Assembly (NCBI GenBank): GCA_030390025.1
Contig: CM059425.1
Span: 178,810,001 to 178,874,000, forward strand
Reading direction: 5' to 3'
From: Squalus acanthias
Lineage: Eukaryota
DNA length: 64,000 nt
The notes under the pieces are model-generated. The model worked only from the letters and a program-made list of their open reading frames with translations, was not told the origin of the DNA and searched no databases. A program made the translations under genes and the position numbers. Shown here in pieces: positions 50,663 through 60,779 of this stretch (position 1 is the first letter of the stretch; every line of letters begins with the position of its first letter).

Positions 50663-50974
50663 GGCCCCTGCTGTGGAAATGGCTTCTGCCATTGCTAACA
50701 ACATCAATGAACCCAGCACGCAACCCCTAAGCCGGCCAAGGCACCAATGATTCCAAACACCAAACATGTATATTTTGAATACAAAAACTTATTTATTTTA
50801 CAAACTCTGTGTGTGTCATTTCCTCATGACAAACTCATAGAAATAAACCCAAAAAAACAGTAATTAACATAACTGGTTCTCACAACCTGGAGATAATGTC
50901 CAAAATACTAGACAAAAGTTGGACCACGAACCTCGGCCTTTAATAAAAAAATGACCAGCATTTTGTCACACCTC

Positions 50975-51951
50975 CTACTTTTTGCCCTTCGAGGGTGATC
51001 TCCTTCCCTTGCGCACTTCCCCGCTTCTAACCCTACTGCTCCTCCGTAATGGGACCTCAGTGGCTGCAGCAAGGCTGGTGGAAGGCTGCTGATCGTCAGA
51101 CCCTGACACTGCAGATGCCCCTGAAGGACGGCCTCGACCAGTTCTGGGCCTGGAGGGCCCGGCTGCAGACTGCACCAACTCTGCATGGGCGGCAGCAGTC
51201 TGTCCTACAGGCGGTGGCAAGTGCAGTGGAGAAGTGACAGTGTTGGCAGCAGGAATGCTGTCATCGTGAGAGAGGACAGCAACTCCCTGCTCGCCCGACA
51301 CACTGGCACTCCCACGGGGCAGCACTTCAGCATCCGGAGCAATCTGCTGGAGCACAGATTGCTGGCCTGCTGCGGCGCGGTGAGAGCCCCGGGGACATGT
51401 GCACGAACCATCGAGGTTGGCAGCAGTCAGTGCTCGCGTGGCCTCAATCTGAGTCTGCATGAGAGCAGTCAGAGATGGGATCACGGCAGTCAGTGACTGA
51501 ATTGCAGCACTAAGCGTTAGTGTGGCATCCGCCTGTGCTACAGCGAAGTGCTCCACACTCCTTGCCAGTGACTCAATGCATTCGGGCACCCTTCCCACTG
51601 CACCCATGAGCTCAGTGTGCATGCCCACCGCCTGGGTGTTCATTTCTGCGATCAGCCGCTCCTCCTCTGCGTCCATTGTAGTAGGAGTCTCTGGCATACT
51701 CTCCCTCTGGGGAGAAGGCCCCCGTTCTTCCCTACCCCCATGGCGTTGCTGCAGCCCACTGGGTCCTGGAGCTTCACCCTCATCAGACCCTTCCCCCCTG
51801 CTCCCCTCCAGGGAAGGCGTGTTCCCAGTGTGGGCATGGGCTTCCTCGGGAGAGGGTGGCACTGATGCTCCGGCTTCCTCTTCCTCCTCGGCTGCAGCTT
51901 CACTCCCACTGGCAGCTTCAGGGCCCGTCTCCTCAGCTGGTGAATCACCAT
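50975..51951 (-). CDS. Harbinger Myb/SANT protein, exon 3
   Basis: Acceptor CCTCCCTGCTTTCAG; phase-1 join is in frame with ORF 50975-51862; acidic linker, Ala-rich helical segment, basic tail. Confidence 0.85.
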
Positions 51952-52110
51952 CTGAAAGCAGGGAGGTACAAGAGTGGCTTTAGCGTGAGGACAGGGTGGC
52001 AGTAAGGGAGGAATAAGTGCAGCGAGTTAGCAAGTTGGATTGAAAGTGTCAAAGGCTGGTGTTGTGAGGGACAAGTGGAAGGACAGAGGACAAAAAGGTG
52101 ATGACCTTAC

Positions 52111-52273
52111 CATTGCTGTCCAGAACGGGGTCGGCGTCTCCAGTGGCGACGGGACCGATCACCCGGCTTGCCACAATCCTGTGGACGCGCTCCTCCAGAT
52201 CGCTGAGGGGTTGCAGCTGAGGCCGCCATCCACCTGTCCGTTGCTGCTGTCTCCTATTATGCGCCAGCTTGGT
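52111..52273 (-). CDS. Harbinger Myb/SANT protein, exon 2 (163 nt)
   Basis: CCTTTTTCTTGCAG|TKLAHNRRQQQRTGG..LDSN|GTAAGG. Confidence 0.88.
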
Positions 52274-52304
52274 CTGCAAGAAAAAGGACAGCATCTGAGT
52301 AAAT

Positions 52305-52412
52305 ATACAGCCATGGTCTTGCCTGATGTGCCTTCCATAGGTGAATAGCCCTTACTGTATACAGCCATGGTCTTGCCTGATGTGCCTCCCATAGGTGAAT
52401 AGCCCTTACTGT
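52305..52412. repeat. 54-bp tandem duplication in intron 1
   Basis: Two units starting at 52305 and 52359 with one mismatch. Confidence 0.9.
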
Positions 52413-52557
52413 ATGCAAAGTGTGGAATGTGTGTGTGTGTTTCATGAAAGGGCCATAGGTGTTGGATGAGTGTTGTGCATTGGGGTTTTAAGACCCTCTG
52501 GCCATAGAGTGAGGTTGAGATGGAGGGATGGAGAGGTATTGAGAAAAAGCCACTCAC

Positions 52558-52794
52558 CCTGACGACCCGAGTGAGGTCGTTGAACTTTTTGCGGCATTGA
52601 ACATGGGTCCTGGGCACCATGCTCCTGGAAGAGACGCTCTGAGCCACCTCCCTCCACACTCTTCTGTACTCGCGTGGCAAAGGCCTCCTGCCACTCTCAG
52701 GGAAGAGTATACATCTTCTGCGCTCCACCGCGCCAACCAGAGCATCCAAGGCCCGCTCGGTGAAGCACTGAGCTCGTTCTCTCACCCTCTCCAT
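52558..52794 (-). CDS. Harbinger Myb/SANT protein, exon 1 (79 codons, trihelix/MSANTD-type domain)
   Basis: MERVRERAQCFTERALDALV..VWREVAQSVS..RTHVQCRKKFNDLTRVVR|GTGAGT. Confidence 0.9.
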
Positions 52795-53326
52795 CCTTGG
52801 CAGCAAAATGGATTCACAGGTCTCTCCAGGCCGAGATTCAAGGCTGCAATGAGCAGGGTGTGGCTGGGGAGCAAGTTGGCCCCCCCCGCTTTAAGAACTG
52901 GCCGGCGCCAGTGTGTCTGTGTTCCCTCGCTAACTGGCAGCACCTGCGCTGCGCTCGCGCGCTGAGTTAGCGCCTCACTGCTCGGCCTTTGCGCCTTAAG
53001 ACAGGTGTGCAGTGCCTGATTTAGCGCTCCACTCACCTCCCGGGGCGGTAAAAGTGAAGTTTCCAGTCAGTGGCGATAATTAGCGCCAGGCGCTAATATT
53101 TGCGTCCAGACGATATTTGCGCCCCAAACGGGGCGCGACCTAATTTTTCCCCCAAAGACTTAAATTAGCACTCCAATCATTTCTTTGAGCAGTGAGCACG
53201 AATTTTGTGTGCAGTCTAAAGCATTAGCACCTGGCACTAATTCTCCAACTTTTCTAATGATACTGCCCATTCCTGGGTTATAATGAATTTCTAGCCCCTT
53301 GTAAAAGTAATGGCTAAATATTGTTT

Positions 53327-54568
53327 GAGAGGTCACACAACACCAGGTTATAGTCCAACAGTTTTATTTGAAATCACAAGCTTTCGGAGCTTACTACTCC
53401 TTCGTCGGGTGAAGTAAAGAGATACAGAATCGCCAAAGCATATATAGATAGAGAACAATGCATGTGTACCTTACAATTGCAGACAACTAAATTAAATCAT
53501 CCTGACTGTTTATCTGCCGGAGCGGAGAAACTACGCCATGTTCTTCGCAGCCTTCAACATGTCATCGATGATGACAAACACCTCGCTAAGGCCATCCCCA
53601 CGCCTCCACTACTTGCCTTCAAACAGCCGCCTAACCTCAGAAGTACCATCGTTCACAGCAAATTACCCAGCTTTCAGGATAACAGCGACCACGACACCAC
53701 ACAACCCTGCCACGGCAAACTCTGCAAGACATGCCAGATCATCAACACAGATACCACCATCACACGTGAGGACACTACCCACCAGGTACATGGTATATAC
53801 TCATGTGACTCGGCCAACGTTGTCTACCTCATACGTTGCAGGAAAGAATGCACCGCGGCATGGTACATCGGCGAGACCATGCAGACACTGAGACAACGTA
53901 TGAACGAGCACCGCGCAACAATCGCCAGGCAGGATTGTTACCTCCCAGTCGGGGAACACTTCAGCAGTCAAGGACATTCAGCCTCGGATCTGCGGGTAAG
54001 CGTTCTCCAAGGCGACCTTAGGAACACATGACAACGCAAAATCATCGAGCAGAAACTGATAGCCAAGTTCCGCACTCATGAAGACGGTCTCAACCGGGAT
54101 CTTGGGTTTATGTCACGATACATGACGTGATCCGGACTCGAGTCGTCGTTGGCTTGTTCACAGATGCGATTCCCAGTAAAAAAGTAAATTTTTTTAAAGC
54201 TTATCGTTTTACATACAGACGGCAGCTTTTGACACGTTAGACCCCCTGCGACTCCACCTCATTGTCTCAGTTGTATCTTGCTATGTCTTTGATGTGGTAC
54301 CTTCCTGGCTGACCTGATTAACTTTATCACACCTCGGCAGATAAACAGTCAGGATGATTTAATTTAGTTGTCTGCAATTGTAAGGTACACATGCATTGTT
54401 CTCTATCTATATATGCTTTGGCGATTCTGTATCTCTTTACTTCACCCGACGAAGGAGTAGTAAGCTCCGAAAGCTTGTGATTTCAAATAAAACTGTTGAA
54501 CTATAACCTGGTGTTGTGCGACCTCTCAATTTTGTCCACCCCAGTCCAACACCGGCATCTCCGCATCA
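53327..54568 (+). mobile_element. Penelope family 2 insertion: GIY-YIG region between about 194-bp inverted repeats
   Basis: NVVYLIRCRKEC..WYIGETMQTLRQRMNEHR; inverted arms about 53326-53519 / 54335-54528; 12-bp TSD TAAATATTGTTT at 53315-53326 and 54569-54580. Confidence 0.92.
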
Positions 54569-55296
54569 TAAATATTGTTTACCAGCTGTTCATTCTCACA
54601 TCGCCTTTTCGAAAATATCTTCAAATTTAGTGCATAGCTATTTAATTTCAACACACCTTTGACAGTAATTCCTTAATATTTTTGAATAAGTGTGCAGTAA
54701 TGAGGCAGCTCAAAAGAGTGCTACATTCCTATTAAATGTGATTTGTAATCCAATCTTGACATGCTCACAGATATGGATGCAACGTACTGTAAATAATTTG
54801 GTCCAATTTGTTCCGTCCTCAACAATGTGGGATATACCTTTTTTATATGTTTGAACTGGTGTGTTTAGCGATTGAATTCACTCAGGAAGATTGAGCAGAT
54901 TTGTCCTATTATGGTGTGCTTCACAGCTCCACAGTTGCGTATTTCTTTTTACATTGATTTCTTTTGTCTACGGATAAATTGGACCACATCACATGAAATG
55001 TGGTATGCAAACACAAGGGGCTGGATTTTGATACTGGGGCGGGTTGGGGTCGTGTTATCCGCTTTTCGTGTTGCCCACACGAATCTAGATCGATGTGGAT
55101 GAATGATGTGATTTTAACTTAATTGGCCAATTGAGTTCCAACGTGTGGGAACCCATGGCCAATGAGTTATTCCAGTCTGAAAGTCGCCTCCGATGACGTC
55201 ATCATTGCTACTGCCTTTAAGGTCTGCAACAAGCCTTGCTTCTTCTGCAGGCTGCCAAGCTTTTGGACCTGTATTCTAGAGGCAACTGCAGGAGGA

Positions 55297-56675
55297 ATGG
55301 CCAGCCAACGACCCAGGCCTGCTCCCAGGTTTGATGACGTTGCCCTGCAAGCTTTGGTGGAGGGAGCAAGAGCCAACAGAGAGGTGCTTTTCCCCTCCTC
55401 AGGGAGGAAGAAGCCTCCCCAGCAGACCAAGGCTGTGTGGGTCCAGGTCGCCCAGGAGGTCAACTCCTTATCCATCACCCGCAGAACCTGGATCCAGTGC
55501 AGGAAGAGGTTTCATGACCTTCTACGCACTGCAAAAGTGAGTATGACTTTCCCTTCACCCTCAATCTGATCCCCATTGCCTCTCCTCACCAGCACTCAGC
55601 TTTAGCAACCTCTTCCTCCATATCACACTTGACACTGACATCCATGCACCCTTACCCATTCCGTCTCCCTCTATGGTCACATTCACCTTACTATTCGACT
55701 ATGCAGCCCTCACACTCCCTATCACTGTCATGCTATGAAAACAACTTACAACACACAGGGAGGGCCCTTAGTCTCGCTAGCTCAATCCATCTTTGTCTCC
55801 TTCTAAGCATCTATGCTATGGATTCTCTACACTCATTCCTTCAATCTCACTCAAACTCCACTTGTCTCCCTCATTGCAGGAAAAGAGAGCTCACAATAAA
55901 AGGGAAAGAGCCAGGACAGGAGGAGGGCCACCTTCATTAGCCCAGCTCACCCCCTGGGAGGATGCGGTCCTGGAGATCGTGGGAGTAGAGGAGGATACGC
56001 AAGTGGGGGACGGACAGATGGGTGCATCACAGCAAGCTGGTGACAGAATAGTGTTCCATCTCTCTCATTGACATTGCATGAGTCGCTGATAATGAATCTG
56101 AAGCTCTAACAGATGGATTTATGATCATCTGCAATATGCAATGTGCATGTAACCTTGGCATCACATCTCTGACTCTTTCCTTTACTCCCCCACAGGACCA
56201 TCGAAAGCACCCGTCCCCACTAGCCAGGAGGAAGAGCCTGAGCATCCAGACTCCTCAGAGGAAGCTGCAACCTCTGAGGGCGCAGCGTCAGCAGAATTCA
56301 GTGCACCCAGCACCAGCGCAGACACTCACACCTCGGTGGGACCCTCGGGATATAGAGTAGTGTTGTCACCTGGTGTATCACAGCTCACAAGTGAGCATCA
56401 GCAGATGATGAAGACAGGGACAGCAGTGGAGAGTCCTAGTCGGAGGGCGCAGGACTCTCCTAGCTCGGCTCAGCTGCATGTCGACCCTCTGCCTCTGGGG
56501 CCATCCATAAGATCAGCGGTGCTGGAACTCCAGGAACAGATGCAGGAGTCTCTGACAGGTTTTGTCTCCAGGGTCGCTGCGAGTGTGGAGTGAATGGAGG
56601 AGTCCATAGCGAACACGAGCAGAGCCTTTGTGGTGTCATTGGCGCATGCGTAAGAGAAAGATACTGCACAAATAG
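55297..56675 (+). pseudogene. Harbinger Myb/SANT gene: exons 55297-55536, 55880-56039, 56196-end; premature stop and a deletion in exon 3
   Basis: PRFDD..VWVQVAQEVNS..RRTWIQCRKRFHDL; GT/AG sites are in frame; TGA at 56591-56593. Confidence 0.88.
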
Positions 56676-56932
56676 TCACAAGGGTAGTCACTTGGGTGAA
56701 ATTTGATGTTTAATGTAAAAAAGCCATCAGCTGTTAAGTTTAAATAAAAACTCTGATGGCTACAGCTGCAGTTGTGGCATCTGTCATTTCGCTAATGGGA
56801 CTTCCACAATGAGGCCTTAGGATAACTTGCAATTGTCAGTATGGTGGTCACATTGTTAGGGATCCGTTGGGTCTGGGCCATTGTCGTAGCTCTGGTAAGA
56901 AGCTGCGAGGCAAAAGTGCTTGATTGTCTAGG

Positions 56933-58169
56933 CTAAGCAAATCTGGCCAAATTGAGTGCGTTCCTTGCATTCTGGGCAGCTATGGTCTCGCGTAATGTTG
57001 CCGCTGGTTGATGGGCCTCTGCAAGTTGTTCGTTCTCTCTCTCCTCCTCCTCCTCCTCCTCCTCCTCATCTGAAGAGGCTATGTGAGGAGCCACTTGGTC
57101 CTCCGGCATCTGCAAGCCACGACGCTGTGCATTGTTGTGAAGTGCACAGCAAACCACGATGATTCTGGAGACCCTGGCTGCTGAGTATTGCAGGGCTCCA
57201 CCTGATCTATCCAGGCATCTGAAGCACATCTTCAGCATACCGATGGTTTGCTCGATTATGGCTCTGGTGGAAATGTGGCTGGAGTTGTAGCTCTGCTCAG
57301 CTGCGTTGGATGGGCTCCTCAACGGCGTCATTAGTCACGTCTTCAGGGGATAGCCCTTGTCTCCAAGTAGCCATCCGTTAAGTTGATCTGGCGGACTGAA
57401 TAGCGGAGGCACACTAGACTGGCGCAGTATGAAGGAGTCATGGCAACTGCCAGGGTACTTGGCACAAACATGCAGAACTTCCTTCTTGTGGTCACACACC
57501 CGCTGTACGTTGAGGGAGTGGAAGCCCTTGCGGTTGACAAAAATACCTGGATTGCAATGGGGTGCCTTAAGGGCCACATGTGTGCAGTCAACGACGCCCT
57601 GCACCCTTGGAAAGCCTGCCAGATTAGCTAATCCAACCGCACGCGCCGTGACACTTGCTCGATCCTTGGTGAAATGGATGTGATTGTGCGCGATGGCAAA
57701 GAGGGAAGGTTACCTGCGTGATGCAGGTGTGTGCGGCCGCCTGGGAAATGCCGCTGATGTCTGCTGCTGATCCCTGGAATGAGCCTGAGGCAAAAAAGTT
57801 GAGTGCGGTGGTGACTTTGATGGCCACTGGTAAGGGGTGTCTACCTGGTCCTCTGGGCTCCAGGTCTTGTTGCAGCATTGCGCAGATGTCACCCACTACC
57901 TCTCGCGAAAGTTGGAGCCGCCTTTGGCACTGCTGCTCAGACATGTTGAGATAGCTGACTCTGTGTCTGTAGACCCTGTTTGGGGGGTATCTCCTGCGCC
58001 GACGGCCTTCCATGCGCTGGCACCTTCTGGCCTGTGCAGCTTCAGGCGGGTGAGCAGCAACTTGGCGCTCCTGCTGTTGCTGCTGCTGTTGGTCATGGTT
58101 CAGCTGGTGCCGCGGCTGGTGTTCGTCCTCATCGGATGCCCAGGAGGGAAGGAAATAAGTGGCTCCCAT
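56933..58169 (-). pseudogene. Harbinger DDE transposase with one frameshift region and one stop
   Basis: [31 protein letters not shown]; frameshift near 57700; TGA at 57335 where the other copies have Trp. Confidence 0.92.
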
Positions 58170-60779
58170 GCCTCTGGTATATGCCTCAGTTGAGGAAGCG
58201 CTCAATGAGGGTGTCGAGAGGGGTTTCCCAGGAGGTCACACTGGAGATGGGTGTCAGGCTCCAGACTTCTAGAGCTGTGGTTATGCCTTCTATAAGTTCA
58301 TCCAGACCTGTGACAACAAAGTTCTGCCACGTGCAAATGATGGCTGATCAAATCTCCTATTTAATGGTTGAGCTGCAGTTGATAGTCAGCAATCCACTGG
58401 TGCTCCTGCCAGGTTTCACTGGCGTGTTTCAGATCAGGTGCGCTTCACGTGGAAAAAAGGTTAAACTAGCAAAAAACTATCAAAATGGCATTACAGAGCC
58501 AATTTAGGGCTTGTTAAGGGTATTAATGGCCTCTCCCGCCTCTTGGAGGCGGGATGGAGACGAGACCAGCAGACACGATTTCATCAAAATTGCGTGGAGG
58601 CGGGATGGAGGCGGGATCGGGCCCACCTGCCAGTTTCTGCAATTTTAACCCCCCATACGCCTCCAATCCCGCCTCAACGGCCCCATGAAAATCCAGCCCA
58701 AGGCCTTTTTATAAAGTCACTTTTTCATTGCTTTGATAGGTCCCAGGATAGCATTCACAAGGAGACCTGCGACTTCCGTGCACTGCTATTCTCTTTCATA
58801 TTACCTGGGCTCACATCCCACCCCCCCTCCCAACCCACCGACCCCAGTATGAGAATTTGGCACAGGTGTGATTAATTGTAATGGACAGAAAATCCTATGG
58901 GACTCAATGACCCATGTAACCAAATTCCTGATATGCAGTTCCAGCAAGCAAAGCTTTGCACTGGGAGCATGAATTTGTAAAATCTATCCTCTAGTGTGCA
59001 GTTAGTATCCTCAAAGCGCGCTTTCCTTGAATACATTCCAGCTAAGGAATCCAACACTATTCATAATATAAATAAATAAATCTGAGGACAATGTGCTTCC
59101 TTGACAAACAGTGCTACTGTAAGATCCTTGCTGCCTGCGTAACAAGATATTTAGTAATAGTTATGTTGTGATAGGCAGAGAGAGCCTGTTGTAAGAAATA
59201 TAATTTTAAACAGACTAGGAATATTGAAATTATGTTTATTATATAAAGGTGGCATGGACTCAATTTGTTTTGTCATCTATACTATTACTAAACCTGCTAT
59301 TATATAAGCTGAAAGGATTTGCTGCATAGCTTACTGCCACATGCAAGAACATAGGAGGAACTCTCCTCTGCCAGCTCTTCACTGCATTATTTCTAACCTT
59401 TACCTACACTGTCACTGGATTAATGTTTTACTGTTTGGTATGTCTGCTGCTTAATCTGAGAAAAACATTAGCGCTGAATTCAGTTTTTCCTTGGCACCAG
59501 TGTATAGTCTCCCTTCCCCCAGGCTAAAAAGACATGAATGCTGAAATTCCCAGTCCTCAGTACCTCAAAGTTCTAAGTGACAAATGCCTTTGGAGGCCTT
59601 TCAACTGTTGACAGTTGTATTTTTTTGTACCAAATCTCCATGGCAACAAGGCCTCTCAATTCCACTTGGCCTTGTCCTATACACAAATGATTGTACTGAT
59701 GTCGCTCCAGTGATAAAGCCATGTGCTTAGCACTTATGCTGACACTATTTCCATGTAAGAAACAACTTTTAGGTGAAATTTTATGATTAAAAAAAACTTC
59801 ATTAAAATAAATTTGCCAACATCCATGATCACATTTTTAATTAAATCATTCATCCAATTCTCACCTTGAACTGTCCTTTCTCTTCATATTTTAGAATCAT
59901 TAGCATTAATCACATGGACTAAAACAGCACTAGGATAGCCATTTTGTTCTACAAATGATTAATAAATGCATTACACATTCAAACCAGTTTCAAAACCTGA
60001 GAGTATTAAAACAACACCACCTAATAACCTCTGCTGCAATGATTTAACAATATGGAACCACTGAGTAAGATAAAAGCTATCAAAAACTGTCACTACAGGG
60101 AAAGTCGGAAAAGGAACAGCCTTCTCCATGGTTACACAATGACATTCATCTATCTCATATTCATTGTTTTGTCTTTATTGGACTGCAGAATAAATGAAAC
60201 ACACACATGGGCTTTTTACTTGCTAGTTAATTCACCACCCTCAATTTGCAGCATTATATGGCATTTCTTTTTAATTTACATATACCTCAAAGTTCAAATA
60301 TTTTGGTATTGATATCAAACCACATCAATCATCATCCCCATTTAATATATTTACCATTCATTAAAACATTTTTTAACCAAACCAAGGTGTCACTTTGCAA
60401 TAATTACATTGAATGGATATTCAACAGATTCAACAAAATGACATTTCCTGTGGGACTGGCTATGGACACAAAGGTTAACGCTGAATAATTCATGATTTTA
60501 ATTAATTGAAAACACACATTCTCAGGAGAGTGACTGTAACACTTCCATGCAGACTTATTTTGTGTTTTAAAGCTACAAATATGTAACAAAATGAATCTAC
60601 AATTACTGAACATTGCATTTGCAAATCAATTATTCATAATGGTTCCCCTGATGATTCATCTGGCTAAGGCTGCGCCATATAGACAAGAAGGTTCTGGGTG
60701 ATCTGATCTCAGCCGAGGCAGAGTTAGTGGCACCACAATTCACCTCAGTGCCTCTGGGTTAGAGAACTGAAAATCGGCC

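Larger units (their letters stand above)
49033..53153. mobile_element. Complete, apparently intact autonomous Harbinger transposon (4121 bp)
   Basis: TIRs GGGGTAAAAATT / AATTTTTCCCCC (11/12 match); AAA TSD at 49030-49032 and 53154-53156; both genes open. Confidence 0.95.
45987..53297. mobile_element. Decayed Harbinger hosting a nested younger Harbinger
   Basis: Ends GAGGGAAAAATT / AATTTCTAGCCC (imperfect); its right subterminal region is split at 49032/53157 and aligns contiguously with about 18125-18235. Confidence 0.85.
55018..58699. mobile_element. Near full-length Harbinger transposon with few lesions
   Basis: Perfect 12-bp TIRs GGGCTGGATTTT; AAG TSD at 55015-55017 and 58700-58702. Confidence 0.95.

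Noticed and set aside
49874..50767. 297-aa antisense ORF over the transposase
   Set aside because: Non-ATG start and no recognisable motifs; an expected shadow of a GC-rich coding strand.
52159..52557. Read-through of ORF 52159-52806 with the repeated peptide YSKGYSPM.GTSGKTMAV
   Set aside because: This is intron 1 translated through a 54-bp tandem duplication; the donor at 52557 is positionally conserved in other copies.
49544..52794. Domesticated host genes HARBI1 / NAIF1 / MSANTD
   Set aside because: The genes are flanked by TIRs and a TSD, nested in another transposon, and have a close sister copy plus decayed relatives nearby, so no host symbol was assigned.
59865..59918. Minus-strand AG..GTGAG-bounded 54-nt coding exon
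   Set aside because: Stops in all three frames.
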